Shown here: piece by piece, positions 1 through 7,649 of the stretch
Layout: every line of letters begins with the position of its first letter
Numbering within the stretch: position 1 is the first letter of the stretch
DNA from: an uncultured Nitrospiraceae bacterium
GTDB lineage: Bacteria > Nitrospirota > Thermodesulfovibrionia > Thermodesulfovibrionales > UBA6898
Length of the DNA stretch: 64,000 nucleotides
Direction: 5' to 3'
NCBI GenBank assembly: GCA_963811165.1
Contig: CAWEQH010000004.1
Location: 288,001-352,000 of the forward strand
Program-made: the position numbers and the translations under genes
Notes under the pieces: model-generated
What the model saw: the letters and a program-made list of their open reading frames with translations, nothing else
Database searches by the model: none
Told to the model about the DNA's origin: nothing

Positions 1-99
1 GCTCGATGGGTTTCCGAAATCACGCTTGAGCGAAGAGAAGACCGCATCGTAGACTTCGGGGTCGACCGGCGTCGTTGCATTGTTGTCGAGATAGATCAT
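1..99 (-). CDS. iscS: Cysteine desulfurase IscS/NifS family, 5' end only (runs off window)
   Basis: Own translation MIYLDNNATTPVDPEVYDAVFSSLKRDFGNPSS has the YLDxxATT and GNPSS motifs; not in the ORF track. Confidence 0.9.
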   Translation of the reverse strand, partial: MIYLDNNATTPVDPEVYDAVFSSLKRDFGNPSS

Positions 100-166
100 C
101 CTTAAAATAAGTATATCACGACGGGATGATGAATGTAATTTCCGGTACTTGCCCGGAAACAGATTC

Positions 167-1258
167 TCAATGTTTCTTAAGCGGCAGGCGGATCGTAAAG
201 GTGCTTCCTTTCCCGGGGGTGCTCTCGACAGAGATGGTGCCTCTGTGGTCCTGAATCACTTTCAACGTGTAGGTGAGGCCGAGGCCCGGACCATATATCT
301 TCGACGTAAAGAGCGGTTCGAAGATGTCCTTTATCTTTTCCCTTGATATCCCTTTCCCGTTATCTGAGACCCCTATCTCGATGCATCCCTCCGAGACGGC
401 ACTTGAGAGTCTGAGCACCCGCGGCTCCCCGGTCATGGCCTCGATGGCATTCTGTATGAGGTTGGCGATTGCCTGCGTCAGTTGCATGGGATCGGCCTGT
501 ATCATGGGGAGATTATTCGTAAAGTCGGTTTCGACATCCACCGCCTTTTCCTCGAACTCCCGTTCAAACAGCGTAAGGGCCTTCATGATGACATCATTGA
601 CGTTCGTCTGCTCGAGATAGGAGAGGGACATTGTCTGTATCCCGATGATTTTTTTTATCATTTTTTCTAGTTTTGAGACGTCTTCCATGATCATTTCCAT
701 GTATTTCCTGTTGAGATTGCCCTCAGGGAGGTTGTCGTAAACCCTGCGTGCAAAACCTCCTATCGAAACAAGGGGATTTCTTACCTCATGTGCGACCTCG
801 TCCATCATCTGCTCCAGGGCCCCCAGTTTTTCCTCTTCCACTATTTTTTCGTGTGCCTGCTTTATTTTCAGGAGCGACCTGACGCGTGCGGAAAGCTCCT
901 TGTAATCAAAGGGCTTCGCCAAATAATCATCGGCCCCGGTGTCGAGTCCTTTTACCTTGTCCGATATCTCGCTTCTTGCCGTCAACATCAGGACCGGGAT
1001 ATGCTTTGTATCCATGTTCGCCTTGAGCCTCTCACAAACCTCGTATCCGTTGAGCTTCGGCATCATGACATCGAGGATAATCAAATCGGGACAGCATGAC
1101 TCGACGAACGCGAGGCATGCCTCGCCGTCGTAAGCCTCAGCGGTATCATACCCCTCGGCCCTCAGTCTCTTTCTCAGCAGCTCAACCGTATCCATGGTAT
1201 CGTCGACAATCAAGATCTTATTGCACCTTTCCATCGGCATTCCTTCTCCCTTCCTCAT
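167..1258 (-). CDS. Hybrid REC-HisKA-HATPase histidine kinase
   Basis: ILIVDD...LDVMMP receiver, AHEVRNP H-box, DNGKG and GLGL boxes; true start may be a few codons downstream. Confidence 0.92.
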   Translation of the reverse strand: MRKGEGMPMERCNKILIVDDTMDTVELLRKRLRAEGYDTAEAYDGEACLAFVESCCPDLIILDVMMPKLNGYEVCERLKANMDTKHIPVLMLTARSEISDKVKGLDTGADDYLAKPFDYKELSARVRSLLKIKQAHEKIVEEEKLGALEQMMDEVAHEVRNPLVSIGGFARRVYDNLPEGNLNRKYMEMIMEDVSKLEKMIKKIIGIQTMSLSYLEQTNVNDVIMKALTLFEREFEEKAVDVETDFTNNLPMIQADPMQLTQAIANLIQNAIEAMTGEPRVLRLSSAVSEGCIEIGVSDNGKGISREKIKDIFEPLFTSKIYGPGLGLTYTLKVIQDHRGTISVESTPGKGSTFTIRLPLKKH

Positions 1259-1646
1259 TGGCCTTCAGGTAATACCTGATCTGTTCCGGAAGTTCACGAA
1301 TATCAATAGGTTTCGGTATATATCCGATACAGCCGGCATTCATTGCCCTCTCCTTGTCCCCCTTCATGACATGGGCGGTGAGGGCGACGATTGGTATGTC
1401 TCGGTACTCTTCCTGGCTTTTCAGGCTTCGTATTACCTCATAGCCGTCCATTTTGGGAAGGGAGATATCCATCAGGATCAGACCGGGTCTTTCCTCTTGG
1501 GCCTTTCTGAGCGCGTCTTCTCCATCAACGGCCTCGATCGTATCGTATCCTCTGTTTTTCAGCACTTTGACCACGAGTTCACGGTTATCTCTATTATCAT
1601 CAACGACCAGTATTTTTGGGGATAAACTCTTTTTTATTTCCTCCAT
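1218..1646 (-). CDS. Single-domain response regulator (DivK/CheY-like)
   Basis: ILVVDD, MDISLP, ALTA, KP receiver motifs; no output domain. Confidence 0.92.
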   Translation of the reverse strand: MEEIKKSLSPKILVVDDNRDNRELVVKVLKNRGYDTIEAVDGEDALRKAQEERPGLILMDISLPKMDGYEVIRSLKSQEEYRDIPIVALTAHVMKGDKERAMNAGCIGYIPKPIDIRELPEQIRYYLKANEEGRRNADGKVQ

Positions 1647-1671
1647 AGTTCTCTCCGATGCCGCAGAAACA

Positions 1672-4374
1672 TTATGATTTGTCGCATTTGGAAATGGTCT
1701 CCTTGATCTCCTTCAAAAGTCCCTCGGTCGTCAACGTGGCCCTGTTTAAGATGCCGCGAATCCTGCCGTTGAGTTCCGAGATCTGTCTTTCGGTCAAGTC
1801 TTTATGGGTAACGACGATAAGAGGGATGTTCCTGGCCTCATCGTCCGTCTTCATATATTCAATGACATCGACACCGCTCACTACCGGCATCGTAAGGCTC
1901 AGCACCATCAGGTCGGGCCTTGATTCCTTCATGGTATCGATCGCCTCCTGGCTTGTATATGCCTCCATTACCTGATAGCCTGCCTCCTCGAGCATTGTGC
2001 CGATCAGTTTTACTGCATCCTGTTCATTGTCCACGACCAATATCCTTCTGATTTTCGTCATTTTTTCGAGGTTCTTCAATTTTCTCAAGAGGACGTCCTT
2101 TTCAATCGGCTTCACGATATATTCGGCAGCTCCGAGACTGAACCCCAACTGCTTTTCGTCTATGATCGAAAGTATGATGACAGGAATATCCTGAGTTTCC
2201 GGTGTATTCTTCAGCTCACGTAACACCTGCCAACCGTCTTTTACGGGCATCATGATATCCAGAGTGATGGCTACCGGCCTGATCTCTAGGGCCTTCTTAA
2301 CGACATTTTCACTGCTGATAAGACCTACTACGTGATAATCCTTTCCCAGGTATTTCCGGATAATTTCGACGGCCTCGGGATTGTCGTCAACCGCTAGGAC
2401 GTTCTTTTTAAGTGCTTCAGAAACGCGTTCCTCTGTGCCTGTTGAAACCCGATTTATCTCGTATAACTCGTCCGTCTCGATCAGCAGTCTTTCGATAAGC
2501 TCGCATCCCTTGCAAAAGTCGATCTTTTCGGGATAAGAAGCGACCTTCGTGCCTTTGCAGTGAGTTGCGGTGATCATCCAGCATCTGCTTTCCTTAGTGC
2601 CGTGAGCGGGACAGCTTGTCTGACCGCAGTGAAAATATTCCCAGCATTTTACCAGATTTCCCGCATACCGGGGCTCTTTCAAAAATATCCCCTCAGCGGT
2701 GCCAAAATACGAAGACAGCCCTTCTGCCATTGAGGTCTCCAGTGACGGCTCGGCTGATTTTTTCAAAACCGATTTATCTACCGGAAGGGTGAAACAGAAC
2801 CTGCTGCCGCTTCCGTATTCGCTTGTCACCCAAATCACGCCTTTATGGAGTACGACGAGACCCCTTGCGATGCTCAGTCCGAGACCGGTGCCCTCGTACT
2901 GACGGGTGGACGAGACGTCCAGCTGACTGAACTTGTCAAAGAGCTTCGCTATGTCTTCCTCCCTGATCCCTATCCCCGTGTCCTCGACACAGACCTCCAC
3001 GAAACGCGGCGTATCTCCGGATTTGATGCCTTTATCGGAGGGGCGGGCCATTATTGCGATGCCCCCTTCATGGGTGAACTTCACGGCATTGGAGAGCAGG
3101 TTTATCAGGATCTGTGCGACCTTGTCTTCATCTGCAAAAACGAGCGGCAGGTTTTCGTGGAAGTCAAGTCTGATCGAGAGCCCTTTCTGTCGTATCATAG
3201 GCTCGAAGGTCGGAAGGACGGATTCGGTGACCCACTTGAGGTCGATCTCCCGGGGATGCAGTTCTATCTTGCCTGACTCTATCTTGGAAATGTCGAGGAC
3301 ATCATTGATCAGTTGCAGGAGGTGTTTCGCGTTGCTCACTACCTTATGAAGACTCTTTTCCTGCTCTTCGTTTATCGGCCCATCCACCCCGTCGATCAGA
3401 AGATCCGTATACCCAATAATCGCGTTCATCGGCGTACGGAGCTCATGGGACATGTTGGCCAGAAAGGTAGATTTCAGTTTGTCCAGTTCCCTGAGTTCCC
3501 TGTTCGCCCTTTCGAGGAGGGTCAAGAGCTCGGTCCTTTCATTGAGCAGGTTGGTCTTTCTCGTGACCTCGCGTTCCAATTTTCTGCTGAATGATGAGAT
3601 GCTTTCAACCATGTGGTTGAACGCATTGCCGAGAACGCCGATCTCATTTTTTGTGGTAACCTCCACTGAAACCGACATGTCCCCCTCTGCAAACCGCTTC
3701 GCCTTTTCCGCAAGGTTTTCTACAGGATGCCTGATGAGTTTGGTCAGCATCGCATAGATAATTGCGATCATCACGCTAATGCTGAACACTCCCAGCAATA
3801 TCGTTCTGTTTCTCGCAGCGGCGACCTGGGCATATGTGCTGTTGGCATCCATCTTCAGTATCATGCTTCCGAGCACCTTTCGGGAGGACCCGTGACAGTG
3901 ATAACAACCGGTCTCATTCAGCAGGGGGTGCATGATGAAAAGGTATCTTCTGCCCCTGATCTCCTCGATAAAAGTCCTCTGCGGTCCCCCCTTTGCCAGT
4001 ACCTCATCCAGAATGCGAATAAAGGTCTTGCCATACAGGGGGTCCGACAGGGTGGTCCTAATCACATCCTGATTAGTGGAATAGATTATTTCCTTATCGA
4101 AGTCGCAGACGTGGACCTCGACATCCTTTATCTTTTCCCGTATTCCCGATAACTGTCTTGCAATCCCATCCGAGTCCCCCATAGACATGGGATATATAAA
4201 GGAAGAATGGATTGATGAGGCCAGCTCGCTGCCATGCATCTCCATGCTCTCCGTCCGGTCCTTCGTGCCGTAATAGAGTCGCACAACAATCTCTACTCCT
4301 AAGACGAGGACGATCGTGATTATTATGACGGCAAGTATCTCGTTGCCGAGCCGTTTTCTTACGAAACCGAACAT
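1672..4374 (-). CDS. Membrane hybrid sensor kinase: periplasmic heme-c (CYHCH), HAMP, HisKA, HATPase, Cys-rich CW..CW insert, two REC domains
   Basis: Two TM segments, CxxCH, SHELRTP, DTGIG, GTGLGL, REC1 LDIMMP, REC2 LSLTMP. Confidence 0.92.
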   Translation of the reverse strand: MFGFVRKRLGNEILAVIIITIVLVLGVEIVVRLYYGTKDRTESMEMHGSELASSIHSSFIYPMSMGDSDGIARQLSGIREKIKDVEVHVCDFDKEIIYSTNQDVIRTTLSDPLYGKTFIRILDEVLAKGGPQRTFIEEIRGRRYLFIMHPLLNETGCYHCHGSSRKVLGSMILKMDANSTYAQVAAARNRTILLGVFSISVMIAIIYAMLTKLIRHPVENLAEKAKRFAEGDMSVSVEVTTKNEIGVLGNAFNHMVESISSFSRKLEREVTRKTNLLNERTELLTLLERANRELRELDKLKSTFLANMSHELRTPMNAIIGYTDLLIDGVDGPINEEQEKSLHKVVSNAKHLLQLINDVLDISKIESGKIELHPREIDLKWVTESVLPTFEPMIRQKGLSIRLDFHENLPLVFADEDKVAQILINLLSNAVKFTHEGGIAIMARPSDKGIKSGDTPRFVEVCVEDTGIGIREEDIAKLFDKFSQLDVSSTRQYEGTGLGLSIARGLVVLHKGVIWVTSEYGSGSRFCFTLPVDKSVLKKSAEPSLETSMAEGLSSYFGTAEGIFLKEPRYAGNLVKCWEYFHCGQTSCPAHGTKESRCWMITATHCKGTKVASYPEKIDFCKGCELIERLLIETDELYEINRVSTGTEERVSEALKKNVLAVDDNPEAVEIIRKYLGKDYHVVGLISSENVVKKALEIRPVAITLDIMMPVKDGWQVLRELKNTPETQDIPVIILSIIDEKQLGFSLGAAEYIVKPIEKDVLLRKLKNLEKMTKIRRILVVDNEQDAVKLIGTMLEEAGYQVMEAYTSQEAIDTMKESRPDLMVLSLTMPVVSGVDVIEYMKTDDEARNIPLIVVTHKDLTERQISELNGRIRGILNRATLTTEGLLKEIKETISKCDKS

Positions 4375-4486
4375 GTCCTTTCCCCCGCATTGTACACCGT
4401 GCCGTTATAAAGGACAGAAGATATTCCGCGACTCGCCGGAAAACAACCCTTTGGACCTGCGCTTCCTCTACGCCACTTTGTAGGTT

Positions 4487-4984
4487 TCAATGCGCATACC
4501 CGTGAATCAGAGGTTTATACCTGAATGCCTTGACCCTTTCCAGGGTATGACAGATCTCACAATCCTCTTTTCTGAGATGTCTCTTTATATCGCGAGGACT
4601 CTTTGTCTTGATATGGGTTTTGCCCGGACCGTGGCAGACCTCGCAGCCGGTGTTTTTCATGGAAGGTGTTTGTTCAAGGCTGATAAACCCCCCGGGCCTC
4701 CCGTATCCTGTGGTGTGGCACTGATAACATCCCTTGATTTCTTCTTCCGAGAGGCCCTTCCGCATGCGTTCTATCGCTTCGAACGATTTGGCCTTTTTGG
4801 CAAATTTTATGAAGTTTTCGTATTCTGTTTTATGGCAGACCTTGCATGCCTCAGAGCCGGCGTATTCGGGTATTCTTTGCAACGGTTCGGCCGGCCGCAG
4901 GGGCAAAGTTATAGGGAGAGATGCAGCCATGACCATTAAAACGAATAACCCGCATTGTTTTGGACGTTCTACCCAGCCGCGCAT
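4487..4984 (-). CDS. Periplasmic tetraheme cytochrome c (c554/c552-like)
   Basis: Signal peptide; CKVCH, CYQCH, CEVCH, CEICH; YxGSxxC and CHGPG motifs. Confidence 0.9.
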   Translation of the reverse strand: MRGWVERPKQCGLFVLMVMAASLPITLPLRPAEPLQRIPEYAGSEACKVCHKTEYENFIKFAKKAKSFEAIERMRKGLSEEEIKGCYQCHTTGYGRPGGFISLEQTPSMKNTGCEVCHGPGKTHIKTKSPRDIKRHLRKEDCEICHTLERVKAFRYKPLIHGYAH

Positions 4985-5038
4985 CGGTATATCAAACCTC
5001 TCTGATTACATTCTCCCCCGGAAAGTGAAAAATTACAA

Positions 5039-5093
5039 CAATAAAAGAGCAATAAAAGAGCTTATTGACAATTAGATAATCTTGGCGTACATT
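5039..5093 (+). promoter_or_regulatory. Sigma70 promoter TTGACA-17-TACATT preceded by an 11-bp tandem direct repeat (CAATAAAAGAG x2)
   Basis: Repeat 5039-5060, -35 at 5065-5070, -10 at 5088-5093. Confidence 0.55.
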
Positions 5094-5115
5094 TTAGTGA
5101 GGGTGAAAATGTCGC

Positions 5116-5445
5116 ATGACGGGCTATAACAAAAGAAGACACCAACGACATCTTTTTTTTCACAAAGTAGAGTATTGCAGGGGCCCCCGTATTCCCGAGG
5201 ACATTTGTCATGGGTCGATCATCAATATCAGTGAGTCCGGCTTATGCATGTATACTGTCGGACCACTTGATGAAGGGGAAGACATAGAGATCATGACCGC
5301 TCTCCCGGTGCCGTATCAAAAAGCGAGCATACGATGGGTAGTAAAATATTTTCACGATCTTTATAAGATGGGGGTTGTGTTTATCGATCATTATGCTATC
5401 CCGTTAAGCGATGGGGGCGATCTGAATTTACGCTCGCACAACTAG
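5116..5445 (+). CDS. Stand-alone PilZ domain protein
   Basis: RRHQR and NISESG c-di-GMP-binding motifs. Confidence 0.85.
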   Translation: MTGYNKRRHQRHLFFHKVEYCRGPRIPEDICHGSIINISESGLCMYTVGPLDEGEDIEIMTALPVPYQKASIRWVVKYFHDLYKMGVVFIDHYAIPLSDGGDLNLRSHN

Positions 5446-5477
5446 TTTGCCTCATGAGTACATTCCAAGGAATCTGT

Positions 5478-5771
5478 ATGGAGCACCAAAAGGAAAAACG
5501 CAAGCACCAAAGGGTCCCCTACCAGGCTCCATGCAACTTTACCGTCTTATCTATGCAGGGGTCTAAATTCCTGAGGACTCAGGCCTGCGGCACCATCAGG
5601 GATGTCAGCAAGGAGGGCATAGGAATAATAACCGAGTTTCCCCTTCAGCCGGGGCAGGTGCTGCAATGGGACGATAGACATAAGCGCAATAGGTTGCATA
5701 TAGCCCTCATTAAATGGTCGCAGAGGCAAGGCGATCTTTACGGGTCCGGGTCGCAGTTTTTTTTGGGGTGA
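5478..5771 (+). CDS. Stand-alone PilZ domain protein
   Basis: RKHQR and DVSKEG motifs; start taken at MEHQK (ORF is open from 5454). Confidence 0.8.
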   Translation: MEHQKEKRKHQRVPYQAPCNFTVLSMQGSKFLRTQACGTIRDVSKEGIGIITEFPLQPGQVLQWDDRHKRNRLHIALIKWSQRQGDLYGSGSQFFLG

Positions 5772-5925
5772 GCAGTCCGCTTGTCTTGGAAAGAAGTCGT
5801 TGCCCGGACATTAGAAAACGTGGATGTCCGATTAAGATCCCCGGGCATGACGGGCTTTGTGCGGCCTGTTTATGTGACGGATTATAAATCGTATTCGAAT
5901 CACTATTGCAGACGACCTGAAGGCG

Positions 5926-6624
5926 CTATGTAAGTCCAACCAGTTTGTTGAAATATTCGGGAAATCCGGTATCGAACGTAAGCCGTGTGCCGCGTATGGG
6001 GTGTGTAAATGTAATGGATTTCGCGTGAAGCGCCAAACGATTGTATGCCCATTTCCCCTTTCCATACTTCTCATCTCCCAACACCGGGTGTCCGATTTCA
6101 GCGAGATGCACGCGTATCTGATGCTTCCTGCCTGTTAAAAGATTTACCTCAAGCAAGGAGAGCTCTTTCGTCTCCCTTAGCACCCTGTAGGCCGTATGAG
6201 ACAATTTCCCTTTTGTCGGGTCGGCAGTGGAATATACCGCATGGGCCTTGTTTTCGGCCAGGTAGGTCGAGATCGTCGCCTCTTTTTTCTCACACCTGCC
6301 GTGAACAACGGCAATATATTTCTTCTCCGTTTCTTCCCATCGGCCCTGAAGCCGCAGTTTGGCTTCCATGCTCTTGGCGAAAATGACTATCCCGGATGTA
6401 TCACGGTCCAGCCGATGGACTATGAAGATGCGGTTTGGGGACTTGGAATAACCCTTCCGGACATACGCGGTCAGCATGGCGTAGAGAGTTCGGGTTTTGT
6501 CCCTCTCCGTGCCCATTGTCAGAAGCCCGGGCGGTTTGACTGCTACCAAAATGTCACTGTCCTCGTACAGTATGCCGACACCTTTTGGAAAGTGCCTGCT
6601 GCCCTGCCTTGATATATTACCCAT
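5926..6624 (-). CDS. RluA-family RNA pseudouridine synthase
   Basis: KPPG, HRLDRDTSG, TGRKHQIRVH, GDEKYG, LHA motifs. Confidence 0.95.
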   Translation of the reverse strand: MGNISRQGSRHFPKGVGILYEDSDILVAVKPPGLLTMGTERDKTRTLYAMLTAYVRKGYSKSPNRIFIVHRLDRDTSGIVIFAKSMEAKLRLQGRWEETEKKYIAVVHGRCEKKEATISTYLAENKAHAVYSTADPTKGKLSHTAYRVLRETKELSLLEVNLLTGRKHQIRVHLAEIGHPVLGDEKYGKGKWAYNRLALHAKSITFTHPIRGTRLTFDTGFPEYFNKLVGLT

Positions 6625-6868
6625 TAAAAATACTCCTAAAAGCAGATTCTATTTACGTTTTACTCCGGATTATGCGATCTTCTTTAGGCCCGGCCTTTAC
6701 TGCCCTCTCGAACTTCCAGGGACGGGTCGGTCTTAGCCCGGAATCGGCGAATTCAACGAGTTTTGGAAGATCAGACATATATCTTGTTTTATTTTGCAAC
6801 ATTAAAAAAAATATAACAAATATTGCATGGGGGAGGGAGTTTCACAGCCTCGACATGTAAGTTAATGA

Positions 6869-7069
6869 AAAAAAAGAAGGCAGGCCAATTTTCCGGCGCT
6901 TACGGAGGAGGCTGGGCCTTACAAAAGGGAGCAAGAGATCGTGCGTCTGCTGCTTGCCGGCTCGGACAGTAAGGAGATTGCCGACTCCCTCGGGTTAAGT
7001 ATGAATACAATCAAGGGATTCTATAGCCGCCAAAAGCACGGGGAGCAGTTTGACAACCGCAAGCGCTAA
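6869..7069 (+). pseudogene. LuxR/GerE-type HTH remnant
   Basis: Frame reads KREQEIVRLLLAGSDSKEIADSLGLSMNTIKG; ATG at 6865 is out of frame by one base across an A8 run; C-terminal helix is missing. Confidence 0.6.
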
Positions 7070-7108
7070 ATGTGATCATAAAGCTAACCCTGAGATTAGG
7101 AGGCTTAT

Positions 7109-7555
7109 ATGTATAAGAGACTTGCGCTTGCCGCTATTTTTGCAATCCTCTTGACGGGGCTGTCCTATGGCTCTGCCGGCCCTATAACCCTTCCGGTCAA
7201 CTGTGAGAATGGCACGCAGTACGGGACAGGTACTTTTGATCCATTGACGGGAGCCATATCAGTAACATTTCCTTTATCGCACTGCATCAAGAATGGACTG
7301 GACATTTCAGGCCCAGTTGTTTTATCGGGGACAGTCAATTCGCAGACCGGTGCCGTTAACGTCACCATAAATTACGAGACTCTGACTATAACCGATTCGG
7401 ATATTGCGATTAATTCTCCCAGCTGCGCCCTGAACCTTAACGGGGTTTATGACATTTCTACGGGTGTCTATAACGGCAAACAGACTATTGGTTGTGTCTG
7501 GGAAGGGAGCATTACCGCAGCCCTCAACGAAGTAGTGTTTCTTCTTTTTATGTAG
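7109..7555 (+). CDS. Secreted beta-rich hypothetical protein with 4 Cys
   Basis: AGGAGG RBS, Sec signal peptide. Confidence 0.75.
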   Translation: MYKRLALAAIFAILLTGLSYGSAGPITLPVNCENGTQYGTGTFDPLTGAISVTFPLSHCIKNGLDISGPVVLSGTVNSQTGAVNVTINYETLTITDSDIAINSPSCALNLNGVYDISTGVYNGKQTIGCVWEGSITAALNEVVFLLFM

Positions 7556-7649
7556 TGGTCATTGAGATGCCATCTTATTCAAGTCTTTGTCAAAATCGTG
7601 ACTCAAGAGAGAGGGGAGCAAACACAGCGCAAAACACCCTATCACTTCC

